NCBI GenBank assembly: GCA_024958795.1
Contig: JANXHP010000009.1
Coordinates: 34,776 to 98,775 of the forward strand
From: Candidatus Poseidoniaceae archaeon
Lineage (GTDB): Archaea > Thermoplasmatota > Poseidoniia > Poseidoniales > Poseidoniaceae
Length of the DNA stretch: 64,000 nucleotides
Direction of reading: 5' to 3'
Part shown: piece after piece, positions 1 to 9,445 of the stretch
How the letters are laid out: each line of letters starts with the position of its first letter
How positions within the stretch are numbered: the first letter of the stretch is position 1
Notes under the pieces: model-generated
What the model was told of the DNA's origin: nothing
What the model saw: the letters and a program-made list of their open reading frames with translations, nothing else
Databases searched by the model: none
Program-made: the position numbers and the translations under genes

Positions 1-263
1 AAGTTTATCTACGCTATTAATCTCGAATTTATTCCTCCCATCTTGAGACTCCTGGATTTTTATTTTATTGTTTAAGAATGATATGTTGGAAAGAAATTTA
101 ATGTATTTACCTGATGAAATAAGGAAAACTAGAAGAATCACAAATAAAAAAAGTCCCACACTTGATATACCATCCATGTCAGTTGTTAGTTGAATCAACT
201 TATAATAGTTATTTTACTAAAATAGAACTATTATCACAGATTTTCAAGACAATAAACAGGAAA

Positions 264-336
264 TGGACGTTGGGGGATTTGAACCCCCGGCATCTTCGTT
301 GCAAACGAAGCACTCTTCCAACTGAGCTAAACGCCC
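264..336 (-). tRNA. tRNA-Ala (anticodon TGC), 73 nt, CCA not encoded
   Basis: The minus-strand read folds as a cloverleaf. Acceptor stem GGGCGTT/AACGTCC includes a G3:U70 pair, the Ala identity element. T-arm is GGGGG-TTCAAAT-CCCCC. Anticodon stem CTTCG/CGAAG carries loop TTTGCAA, giving anticodon TGC. Confidence 0.8.
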
Positions 337-424
337 CTGTAATTCACGGGGTGAGCCCTCCCCTTTTGAGCCTTCACCTTCAATCAAGTGCTTTCAGCAC
401 ATGGAAGTTTGCCAATTATTGGGA

Positions 425-1738
425 TTAGACAAGGTCAATGGTTGCATCCCTATCTGGACCTACACCAATACTTGTGCATGGAACGCCCATCAAGGCCTCC
501 AACTTTGCAATGTAGTTCTGGGCTGCTGCTGGAAGTGCATTGAATCCAACTCCATCAGAATTGGCCTTCTTGGCAATTTCCAACCACTCTGAGAGTGAGT
601 ATCCAGGAAAACCTGGCATTGAGATGTAAATCGGTTTACATCTTGCGATTGCACTTGCTGAAGAAGGCATTTCAAGAATCTCTTTTCCATCTAATTCGTA
701 TGCAACACAGATCTTGATTTCTTCAAGCCCTCCAAGTACATCTAATTTAGTCAAAGCAATTCCTGTGAATCCATTGATTCTGTTAGCATGGCGCATTACC
801 ACCATGTCAAACCAGCCACATCGTCTCTTTCGTCCAGTAGTTGTACCAAATTCATGACCTACTGTCCCTAGATGGTCACCGACTTCATCTTCCAATTCAG
901 TAGGCATAGCGCCATGACCGACTCTAGTGATATAGGCCTTGGTAATTCCAATTACTTCGGTAACATGACCTGGATGAATTCCAGCACCATGGCTAGCATT
1001 TCCCCTTGATGTTACCGAGGAGGTTACGTATGGGAATGTTCCTTGGTCAATATCCAATAAACAACCTTGTGCTCCCTCTAGAATGATTTGTTCTTCTAAT
1101 TTTAGGGCAGTATCTAGCATCAATCCAGTATTGCGAATTGAACCATTGTAATTGTCCCAAATCCAGTTTACATCCGTATTCAATGATTCTTCTGTAACTC
1201 TGTCTTGTGAACCTGCAGCCTGCAGTGAAGCATTCATTCTCGCTACCGTTGCCGCTGTCCATTCAGCATCATCGATGATTTCACTGAGATCTCCGAATCG
1301 AAGACCAATTCTGTTAATCTTATCTGCATAGGTTGGACCGATTCCCCTTCCAGTAGTTCCAATCTTACTGTCTAGACTGTCCATGTATCTATGATATGGA
1401 AGAATAATGTGCGCCCTTTCACTAACAAATAATCGGTCTCCTCTTGGGTCTTCACCAGTAGATTGTTTCCAATCATCTAGTTCCTTATTGAGAACCCAAG
1501 GGTCAACAACCATGCCATCTCCAAGTACCAGATTACATTCTTTCCTTGTAATGCCGCTTGGCAATAAATGGAACTTTAGCACATTATCTCCAATGACTAC
1601 AGTATGACCTGCATTGTTCCCACCTTGAAATCTCGCTACCCAAGATGCTTGTTCTGCAAGTCTATCGACGAGCTTTCCTTTTCCTTCATCTCCCCATTGG
1701 GCGCCTAGAATGACTGTTGCTGGCATGAGTCTCCTCAA
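425..1738 (-). CDS. purA: adenylosuccinate synthetase (the true start may be the second Met, at 1726)
   Basis: The N-terminal GAQWGDEGKGK P-loop is the PurA signature. Length is about 430 aa and the ORF is continuous. Confidence 0.85.
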   Translation of the reverse strand: MRRLMPATVILGAQWGDEGKGKLVDRLAEQASWVARFQGGNNAGHTVVIGDNVLKFHLLPSGITRKECNLVLGDGMVVDPWVLNKELDDWKQSTGEDPRGDRLFVSERAHIILPYHRYMDSLDSKIGTTGRGIGPTYADKINRIGLRFGDLSEIIDDAEWTAATVARMNASLQAAGSQDRVTEESLNTDVNWIWDNYNGSIRNTGLMLDTALKLEEQIILEGAQGCLLDIDQGTFPYVTSSVTSRGNASHGAGIHPGHVTEVIGITKAYITRVGHGAMPTELEDEVGDHLGTVGHEFGTTTGRKRRCGWFDMVVMRHANRINGFTGIALTKLDVLGGLEEIKICVAYELDGKEILEMPSSASAIARCKPIYISMPGFPGYSLSEWLEIAKKANSDGVGFNALPAAAQNYIAKLEALMGVPCTSIGVGPDRDATIDLV

Positions 1739-1983
1739 CCTGCTGGGAATGATGACCGTCTTTGAACTATATCCTTCCGTCCTTAGGATTTTCAGATGAA
1801 TATTTTCACTATTTTTCTTGAATATATACTAAATGTTTAACTAACAAAGTGTGCCAATAAGGGTAAATTTATGCTTACTTTATTAACAGTGGAACAAAGA
1901 AACTATTGTATTCGCTGAAATAGCACTTTTTTGTCAAAAGGAGTGATAGCACCCTCATAATGATTGGATTACCCAACGAGGAG

Positions 1984-1991
1984 TTTATATA
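1984..1991 (+). promoter_or_regulatory. candidate archaeal TATA box (TTTATATA) for tfb, preceded by a purine-rich BRE-like stretch
   Basis: TTTATATA lies about 38 bp upstream of the tfb ATG at 2029. This spacing is consistent with a TSS about 25 bp downstream of the TATA box and a short leader. Confidence 0.35.
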
Positions 1992-2028
1992 TGGCGGCGT
2001 TTACTACTTAACTAAGAGTTGAGAAGTG

Positions 2029-3039
2029 ATGAGTAGAGAGCAAGTAAATTCAAACCCGGCCAATTCAAAGAAAAACCAAACCCGAAAGGGCATTGACTTT
2101 GAAAGACCAACACGAAGAACTTTGGAAGGCCACACAAGGCCTTGTGAGGAATGTTTTGCCGTTGATTGGAATATGGATGAAAAAAGAGGCGAAATCATTT
2201 GCAATTCCTGTGGCCTTGTTGCAGCAGAGAATGTAATTGACCCTGGTGCAGAGTGGACAAATGGAGATAGTGGTCAAGATAAGTCAAGAGTTGGCGCACC
2301 TCTAACCTACACTTTAGCTGATAGAGGATTAAACACGACTATTGACATCAAAGATCTGAATTCCGGTTCATCTGGTCGACTTAGTATGTCCAACCAAGCC
2401 AGAAGGGATTGGAGAAGAAGAAGAGTTGTCGATGAAAGAAGCAAAACCAGAAAGAGTCGTGAAAGAAATTTAGTTAGAGCAAATCAATTCATACGAGATA
2501 AATCAGGGTTGCCAAGACCATTGCAAGAAGAAGTTGCAAGGATTTACAGAAAATTATCATCTGAAGGATTTGTTACCGGCAGATCAATTTCTGGCGTATC
2601 AGCCGCATGTACTTACTTGGTCGCAAGACAAGAAAATCTTCCAAGACAGATTACGCATATCGCTGAATCCTTTGATGTGACTGAGAAGGAATTATCAAGA
2701 TTGATTAGACAGGTGTCAAGAAAATTGAATATGCACAAGATTACTTCACCTGATCAATTCTTTGACAAGTTCATTTCGGATTTACAATTGCCTGCGAATA
2801 TTCACATTCAAGTAAATACTCTTTGGGAATTTATCAAGCCTCATGATGATATTTGGCAAGGAAAGAAACCGATGGGAGTTGCGGCTGCAATAATCTACAA
2901 GGCCTCCAATGAATCTAGCAACCCAAGAACACAAGCTGAAGTTTGTGCTGTTGCAAATATCTCCGAGGTCACACTTCGTGGATTATTACGATTATTTGAC
3001 GGGTTGTTACAACAACTTGGCCACGAATCATTACAATGA
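2029..3039 (+). CDS. tfb: transcription initiation factor IIB (TFB) with an N-terminal low-complexity extension
   Basis: A Zn-ribbon CEEC...CNSC precedes a B-finger region and two cyclin-like repeats (GRSISGVSAACTYLVARQENLPR... and ...GKKPMGVAAAIIYKAS). The ORF track starts at GTG 2026; ATG 2029 is the more likely start. Confidence 0.8.
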   Translation: MSREQVNSNPANSKKNQTRKGIDFERPTRRTLEGHTRPCEECFAVDWNMDEKRGEIICNSCGLVAAENVIDPGAEWTNGDSGQDKSRVGAPLTYTLADRGLNTTIDIKDLNSGSSGRLSMSNQARRDWRRRRVVDERSKTRKSRERNLVRANQFIRDKSGLPRPLQEEVARIYRKLSSEGFVTGRSISGVSAACTYLVARQENLPRQITHIAESFDVTEKELSRLIRQVSRKLNMHKITSPDQFFDKFISDLQLPANIHIQVNTLWEFIKPHDDIWQGKKPMGVAAAIIYKASNESSNPRTQAEVCAVANISEVTLRGLLRLFDGLLQQLGHESLQ

Positions 3040-3092
3040 TTGATTGTTTTTAGCAACAACCTTGATGAATCTAGGACTCGGAGACATTAATC

Positions 3093-3371
3093 ATGGGATT
3101 CAAGGCCAATGCACGAAAGCATCAGAAAAAGTCTGGTGAAGAGTCGAAGAAAACATCGCCAAAGGCAAAGGAAGGAGTTCTCTCATGTGGAATAAAATCC
3201 TGTGATGGATTTGCTGACAAGAACATGGGAGGGCGTTCCCTCTCTATCGACAATGCAGTGGAAACATGGGGAGATAGTGGATATACGGAAAGAAAAGGGC
3301 GAGTTCGTGTCTGTAAACCATGCTACAAGGTATGGAAGAAGGATAACAAGTCTGATATGGATCCTTATTGA
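3093..3371 (+). CDS. small basic hypothetical protein with a C4 zinc-ribbon-like motif (CGIKSC...CKPC)
   Basis: A 92-aa ORF with a Lys-rich N-terminus and two Cys pairs. Confidence 0.35.
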   Translation: MGFKANARKHQKKSGEESKKTSPKAKEGVLSCGIKSCDGFADKNMGGRSLSIDNAVETWGDSGYTERKGRVRVCKPCYKVWKKDNKSDMDPY

Positions 3372-4060
3372 CATTAATTTCACTTTTACTTTCACCATTA
3401 GGGTGTGGGAAACGAAGTAGTACCTACGGCTTTCATTTCTGTTGTATGAATAATAGAATCGTACTAAGAAGCCTCGTCACATCTGATGGATGTTTGACTG
3501 CAATGGATGATGGAATGATCATCTGGAGACCAACTACTGGCAGACGCCAACAGACAAAATTAGAATCTTTGGCTACCGTATTATTAGCCTTTAAGAGTGC
3601 TAATAACCGCCTAAATAGCATCGTTGTGGGTGACAATTGTGGTGGAATTGTTCATTTATCAGTACCTTGCCTCGAAGTGATAAATAGATTTGAACTAGAA
3701 GGTGAATCAATACGCTCCATTTGCTCTGCAAGTGAAAGCACACAACGCTTGCTCGTCGCTTGTCAAAGTGGTTCAATATGGATGGTTGGTGAACAAGTTC
3801 CTAGCAGAAAGGTGCATCTGTTCCAGAATGAAGGCCCAGTAACAAGCATTCGAGTTGTCAATAAAGAAATTCATCTGCAAAGTGGATGGAAACGTCGTGT
3901 TATTGATTTCACAGGCTGCCAAATATCATACCATGATGCTTCTGACAAGTTCAAGAAAAAGGATGAACTTAGAGCAATTAGAAGAACTCGGCTACTAGAA
4001 ACTCAACAACATAGTTCAAGTTACCCTATAACAATCTCTCTTGATTCTGTCACTGCTTAA
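3368..4060 (+). CDS. hypothetical protein, beta-rich; the start may be an internal Met
   Basis: A 230-aa ORF that overlaps the previous gene by 4 nt. No recognisable motif. Confidence 0.35.
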   Translation: MTLISLLLSPLGCGKRSSTYGFHFCCMNNRIVLRSLVTSDGCLTAMDDGMIIWRPTTGRRQQTKLESLATVLLAFKSANNRLNSIVVGDNCGGIVHLSVPCLEVINRFELEGESIRSICSASESTQRLLVACQSGSIWMVGEQVPSRKVHLFQNEGPVTSIRVVNKEIHLQSGWKRRVIDFTGCQISYHDASDKFKKKDELRAIRRTRLLETQQHSSSYPITISLDSVTA

Positions 4061-4848
4061 GCTGATTCCTTTTCATCCAGTGGCCATGGATTCCTAGGTG
4101 TCAGCCACAATGTAGAACGCGCTGGTCTTGCCCATGAAGAAGGGGGGGCTCCACCATCATCAATACAACTTTGATAAAAATCAAGATGGCGCATAAGAAC
4201 TTCGGCAACGTGCTGTTTTCCTTTTATTGCCGGCCCTTGCATGGGCACTATTGCTGAAAGTTTCATAGCGATTATTTTCTTTATATTATCTCTAATTGCT
4301 ACAATATTGGCTCCAGGTAAATCCCATCTGCAAGGTCTATCTGCTCTTATTAGGATTCCACCAGCAACCAATAAGTTCTCCTTGGAAATATAATATGACA
4401 TTCCATCAGAACTTATTCCATCCATTAAGATCGCTTCAACTTCGCAATCGCCTAAAGCAAAAATATCTCCATCCTCAACCACGGTAGTTTCAACTGGTGG
4501 CATATCCGATTCATACCTATTAGCCCAAGTTGTAAAAAAATCTCCAGTTTGTAATGCTGCTTGTCCTTCTTCATGAATATGAACTGGTGCATTATCAAAT
4601 GATTCTGAAATATATTTAGCTCCACCTGCGAATGGATAAAGACGAGATGTGAGTAGAATTCGGTCCAATTTTTCATCGCCCAATACACCAGTTATTCTCT
4701 CAACTTGCAACATTTGATACCATGAAGTTCCTGCATCAATTAGGATGTTACTCGTACTACCTTTGACCACAACAACATTGGAATCGTGGTGGATTGCCGG
4801 CAATCTAGTGATTCGCATCGCACAATGCTTGAGCCTCAAGTGCTTCAA
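4057..4848 (-). CDS. MBL-fold (metallo-beta-lactamase superfamily)-like protein with a degenerate HxHxDH motif
   Basis: The N-terminal VVVKGSTSNILIDAGTS resembles the MBL beta-sheet start. The His motif is replaced by LTSRLYPF. Confidence 0.35.
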   Translation of the reverse strand: MKHLRLKHCAMRITRLPAIHHDSNVVVVKGSTSNILIDAGTSWYQMLQVERITGVLGDEKLDRILLTSRLYPFAGGAKYISESFDNAPVHIHEEGQAALQTGDFFTTWANRYESDMPPVETTVVEDGDIFALGDCEVEAILMDGISSDGMSYYISKENLLVAGGILIRADRPCRWDLPGANIVAIRDNIKKIIAMKLSAIVPMQGPAIKGKQHVAEVLMRHLDFYQSCIDDGGAPPSSWARPARSTLWLTPRNPWPLDEKESA

Positions 4849-4959
4849 TTATGCGTAACAATATTTGCAACTTCTACTGATAAAAACGAGAGACTCCGTG
4901 TCGTTTCAAAGAGATTATTGCGGGTTTTGATTAAATAGAGGAAGTTGGTCGCCGACAAC

Positions 4960-5109
4960 ATGGCACGATTCCCTGAGGCTGAAGCCCGCTTACTTCATCG
5001 TAGGATATGCATGAAGTGCAATGCACGCAACGCTATGCGCGCAGTTCGCTGCAGAAAGTGCAGTTACAAGGGTCTTCGATTGAAGAACGTTGAGCGCAAG
5101 GGTATTTGA
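4960..5109 (+). CDS. rpl40e: 50S ribosomal protein L40e, 49 aa; absent from the supplied ORF track (below its size cutoff)
   Basis: Translation is [49 protein letters not shown]. This is the conserved L40e fold with a C-x2-C...C-x2-C zinc ribbon and an ATG start. TTAAATA lies about 25 bp upstream. Confidence 0.8.
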   Translation: MARFPEAEARLLHRRICMKCNARNAMRAVRCRKCSYKGLRLKNVERKGI

Positions 5110-5174
5110 TTGCCTTTCATTGTTTACTATTTTCAACTGGCAAATAGCGCTAGCCTTATCGGTATTACTTGCTA

Positions 5175-6173
5175 TTAAAGCCCTAACATTGGCAATAATA
5201 ATGACATTGGGTCACCAACTAAGACAAGTGGTATTATCGCTGGGAATAAAAATACCAAGAGTGGTAATTTGTAGCTGACCCAAACTGATTCAATTCCAAG
5301 TTCTTGTAGTTCTGAAACATTGGCGAGTAGTTGTTCATTGGTCGGTGTTTTCGATGGAGCCCTGGTTCTATGATGCACTGAAGTAGTTCCATCAGGCATC
5401 TCAATCACCGATGAAAGTAGCCACACATGTGATTCAGCGACATTGTTAAGAGGCATTATTGTTGCATGCCATGCTAATCTCAAATCAGATAATTTCTTGA
5501 TATTACCATTTGAAAAATTCTTACCCAGCATTATGAATGGAATGAGAAGGAAAATGAAACCACCCCACATTAATAGTGAAATTGCAGGTGGTAATGATAC
5601 GATGGAATCTATTGTTGCGGATGAGTAAGTGAGGGGAACTGTAGACCAACTCGGCATCAATATTGCAACCCACATTAGGCATTTGGCATCTGCTCCACCG
5701 TGAATCATTCTTACTCTCCAAGCTAAATCAATTATCAGTATTGAAGCACCTACTGCTAGCGTTTTCCACCATAGAGCACCTAGTGAAGTATCATTTCCAA
5801 CAAGTACTTCCAAAGGTAAAGACTCTTGATATCGGATTGCTCCACAAATAACACCTGTAAGACTGATAATGTACCATAATGAGACTGTAATATCTAGTTT
5901 TGAACCCTTTTGAATATCCTTCAAACTCGGCCTACCTATTACCGACATACTCGCATAAGCAATTACTGCGGATGCTGTTAGCATTATTGTCCAATCAGCA
6001 CCTTGTAGCATTAGATCTAATGCCCAAATAAAAATTGCTGGCTTGACCCAATATAGCCAGTGCTCATTTTTGACTCTTCTATCTTTGTGGTCCATCCAAG
6101 CAGCCAACCCCATCCCAAAGAGCAAAACTAGTGCTCTTGTCCAGCCGAGAACCGCGGTATTGTCAATGGACAT
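5175..6173 (-). CDS. A24-family aspartic peptidase (archaeal prepilin/preflagellin peptidase, FlaK/PibD-like)
   Basis: A polytopic membrane protein carrying the GGADAK catalytic-Asp motif of type IV prepilin-like peptidases. Confidence 0.55.
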   Translation of the reverse strand: MSIDNTAVLGWTRALVLLFGMGLAAWMDHKDRRVKNEHWLYWVKPAIFIWALDLMLQGADWTIMLTASAVIAYASMSVIGRPSLKDIQKGSKLDITVSLWYIISLTGVICGAIRYQESLPLEVLVGNDTSLGALWWKTLAVGASILIIDLAWRVRMIHGGADAKCLMWVAILMPSWSTVPLTYSSATIDSIVSLPPAISLLMWGGFIFLLIPFIMLGKNFSNGNIKKLSDLRLAWHATIMPLNNVAESHVWLLSSVIEMPDGTTSVHHRTRAPSKTPTNEQLLANVSELQELGIESVWVSYKLPLLVFLFPAIIPLVLVGDPMSLLLPMLGL

Positions 6174-6248
6174 ATTGTGCGGGTAGTGGCAATGAACTTA
6201 AAGACGGCCTTCATGGAGCAACCAATACCCCCCAATGGAGGACCTCTC

Positions 6249-6515
6249 ATGGACATCGAAACTAGATTAACACAAGTGGCTTCAGTCATTAAGCAAATCG
6301 ATGACCCAAAGGTTCCTCGCAACATTCGACGTCAAGCAAAAGAGACCTGTGAACTGTGGCTTCTAAACAAGGCGAAGAAGTTGGATGTTCGTATTGCAAT
6401 GTCACAATCAAAATTAGAAGAACTATACGAGGACCCAAATATTCCTCCAGAATTTGGAACACTCATTTTAATGATAAATACTGAATTAGAAAAAATACTA
6501 ATTGAAGTATTGTAA
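6249..6515 (+). CDS. UPF0147-family small archaeal protein
   Basis: About 88 aa from the internal Met. It carries the conserved DPKVPRNIRRQA motif of UPF0147. Confidence 0.45.
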   Translation: MDIETRLTQVASVIKQIDDPKVPRNIRRQAKETCELWLLNKAKKLDVRIAMSQSKLEELYEDPNIPPEFGTLILMINTELEKILIEVL

Positions 6516-6517
6516 TC

Positions 6518-7960
6518 TCATTCTTCCTCTACTAGTTCAATTAATTGTTCTAGCATTATCCGTGATTGTGGATTTATTTTTCCTTCACTCAACATCTCAT
6601 TTAACTCATTATATTGTGATTTATTCATGGTTTCTTGAGCCCCTTGTAAAATTAATTCTCTCTGGTCTGTTGAGAGTCTCCCATATTGAAGTACATGTTC
6701 TGCTGAAAATTTAGATGACTTCAACGCCACTTGTTTGTCGCTTAAACCAAGAGTGGTTTGTAACTCTTTCAGAGTCTTTGTTTCATACAATGAGATCTTA
6801 CCATCCTTAAGTGCATTTTTCCATGCTTCATCTATTGTCGGAGCTCTTTCAGAAAGAAGTATTGCAATCGGACGGGTTTCCTCAATATTCTCTAATACAA
6901 TTTTAATGATAACTGCGAATGGTACTGCCAATATCATGCCTAAAATGCCCCATAGCCAGAATGAAAATGCTGTCACTAGCAAAAGAACTACAGGGGATAA
7001 ATCCAATGCTCTTCCAGCCCAACGTGTTTCTATTACATTGCCCCAAACTTGTTGGTTTGTCAACAATAGGACCGTTAGTAGAATTAATGAACTGGGATTA
7101 AGTAAAATCAGCCCAAGGACAATTGGAGGTACTGTCGCAAATAATGAACCAATATATGGAACATAATTCAACAAAAATGTTAACAGCGCCCATGTAAACC
7201 ATAAATCAATTCCAAAAAATGCCATTATGATTCCAGCAATTACCGCCGTCCCCACACCAACTCCTGTTTTTACAACGATGTATGAATTAACGCTGGATTC
7301 AATTTGATCTCTTATCATCTGAACTTTTTCATTTGCTCCTCCGGGCCAAGCACGTTCGATACGACCTGGTAATAAACTGGCTTCAAAAATAATGAATATC
7401 AAAAAGAATGTTACCGTTAAACTAGTAGTCAGTATACTGCCGGTACTAGACATCATTCCAACAAGTACATCAGATAACTGCTGATTATCAGATAATAATC
7501 CCAATTGGGACAAATCACTCCCTAAATCAGATTCTGACCCACCTACAGCATCAATAATTACTGGGCCAACAATAGGCATTTGCTTGATATTTGACCACTT
7601 TTTATCCAAACGATGATTATATTGCTGCATTTTTTCATCATCGCTTACCAAATCATCTGCTTGTTGATATGCAAAAAAGGCAGCACTGCTAACAACCATT
7701 AGAGTAAACATTAGCATAGTAAAGTATGATAGAATCATTGGGAATCCATTTACAGATAATTTATCTGCTCCTGGTTTTAAGACAAAATATATTCCCAACG
7801 CGATAAAGAATGGACGTAATACACCTTCCAAATATATCATTGCAATTGTTAATACAGTAATTATTACCAGTACATTCGCAGCTGCGGATAAACGCTTATC
7901 AAATAAATCGAGATCTGTGGTGACCGCGTTATGCTCCATGTATCTCCATCCTCTTATCAT
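6518..7960 (-). CDS. AI-2E (PerM/UPF0118)-family transporter with a C-terminal soluble extension
   Basis: The multi-TM N-terminal 350 aa have AI-2E-like topology. A hydrophilic tail of about 120 aa follows. Confidence 0.5.
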   Translation of the reverse strand: MIRGWRYMEHNAVTTDLDLFDKRLSAAANVLVIITVLTIAMIYLEGVLRPFFIALGIYFVLKPGADKLSVNGFPMILSYFTMLMFTLMVVSSAAFFAYQQADDLVSDDEKMQQYNHRLDKKWSNIKQMPIVGPVIIDAVGGSESDLGSDLSQLGLLSDNQQLSDVLVGMMSSTGSILTTSLTVTFFLIFIIFEASLLPGRIERAWPGGANEKVQMIRDQIESSVNSYIVVKTGVGVGTAVIAGIIMAFFGIDLWFTWALLTFLLNYVPYIGSLFATVPPIVLGLILLNPSSLILLTVLLLTNQQVWGNVIETRWAGRALDLSPVVLLLVTAFSFWLWGILGMILAVPFAVIIKIVLENIEETRPIAILLSERAPTIDEAWKNALKDGKISLYETKTLKELQTTLGLSDKQVALKSSKFSAEHVLQYGRLSTDQRELILQGAQETMNKSQYNELNEMLSEGKINPQSRIMLEQLIELVEEE

Positions 7961-7991
7961 TCTTCAATATGATACCCAAAAAGACATTGTT

Positions 7992-9383
7992 TTACTCTTC
8001 TTGAGTGAAATTTTTCACAGTCGCAGCATTGATTTTCGGCTCTGGCAATTTTAGCGACAATAATGCTGAACAGAGCATTAATAGCCCACATAAATGGAAG
8101 GCTGTGTGGTAATCCCACGGATAAGTTCCATTAGAGGTCAATACCCAAACTACTCCTCCTGAGATTGGCCCAAGAATCCTTGCAAATGCGCCAAGTGATT
8201 CATTTGCACCCATTACAACACCCAATTCAAATCCTTCCGATTTTGCAAATTGGGCCAATAGTGTTGATGAGGAGGGTTGGAATAATCCACTTCCAATCGA
8301 TAACAAACCTGTTACTGAAAGGATGTGAAGCCAAGCATATTCAGATTGTGAGTATGGAATCAAAACCAATCCAATTCCAGTCAATAATGCTGCGAAGGTA
8401 AGCAATCTACGTGAACCAAATCTCTTGGTCATTGGCCCGATTAAGAATCCTTGTGTGATTATTCCAGTGACTCCGATCATAGCAAATATTCTACCATTAT
8501 CTGCCTCACTGAAATTGAGTCCACCATCAGCAACTGGCATACCAGTATAGAGAATGAAGATAGCATGCATTATTGTGAAACCAAATGTGAATAACATCGC
8601 AACCCAAATTATCACAGCAAGCGTACCTTCGGACAGCATTTTCTTAGAATTAGAATACATATTCTTCATCTGCTGATTCCAAGTTCTCGAAGTATCTGTT
8701 TTTCTCATGTCAGGAGTTAATGACTCTGGAAGGTTACGTACAGCAATAATCAATGAAATCGTTGATAGTGCACTAGCCAAAATACAAGGTAATAGGTATG
8801 GATAAGACTCAAAGATAGTTCCTTGGAAAGTTTCCCACCTCAATGCAGGAGCAGATAATTCACCTCCCAAAAATGGACCTATTGTAAAACCTAAACCGAA
8901 TGCTGCTCCAATTATTCCCATCCTAGTTGCTAATTGCTGAGGATTACTAACATCACCGATATATGCTCTAGCAACAGCAATATTTCCATTGAATACTCCA
9001 GCTAAAAATCTCGCTGCAAGAGCCATCATCAATGTATTTGAAAGCCCGAAAACTGCAAAAAATACTGTGTTTCCAGTTAATCCCACCATCAATACTGGCC
9101 TTCGACCAATACGATCACTCAATGAGCCCCAAAAGGGAGAGAAAAGAAACTGTGCTGCTGAATACGAAGTCATTAGTAATCCGACCCAAAGACCGACTTC
9201 TGTTACCCCCTCTGCTCCAGCAAGGTCTTCAACGAGATAAGTTAGAAATGGAATTACTATTCCAAATCCAATCATATCTATCATTGTTACAAGAAATAAA
9301 ACAACCAGTGCGCCTTTACTAGCATCTTTGACTTTATCTGAGTCAACCATTATTCTACCCCTACATTCAAGGGAAAGACTCAC
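7992..9383 (-). CDS. MFS transporter
   Basis: A 12-TM profile with the loop 2-3 motif SDRIGRRPVLMVGL. Confidence 0.7.
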   Translation of the reverse strand: MSLSLECRGRIMVDSDKVKDASKGALVVLFLVTMIDMIGFGIVIPFLTYLVEDLAGAEGVTEVGLWVGLLMTSYSAAQFLFSPFWGSLSDRIGRRPVLMVGLTGNTVFFAVFGLSNTLMMALAARFLAGVFNGNIAVARAYIGDVSNPQQLATRMGIIGAAFGLGFTIGPFLGGELSAPALRWETFQGTIFESYPYLLPCILASALSTISLIIAVRNLPESLTPDMRKTDTSRTWNQQMKNMYSNSKKMLSEGTLAVIIWVAMLFTFGFTIMHAIFILYTGMPVADGGLNFSEADNGRIFAMIGVTGIITQGFLIGPMTKRFGSRRLLTFAALLTGIGLVLIPYSQSEYAWLHILSVTGLLSIGSGLFQPSSSTLLAQFAKSEGFELGVVMGANESLGAFARILGPISGGVVWVLTSNGTYPWDYHTAFHLCGLLMLCSALLSLKLPEPKINAATVKNFTQEE

Positions 9384-9445
9384 CCTTTTGTAATAAACGG
9401 ATAATTATCAGAATAGGCTAGCATTTGCATTGTTGCAATTGCAAT

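Noticed and set aside
490-690. Short ORFs on both strands inside purA
   Set aside because: They are nested within a strongly supported, conserved gene.
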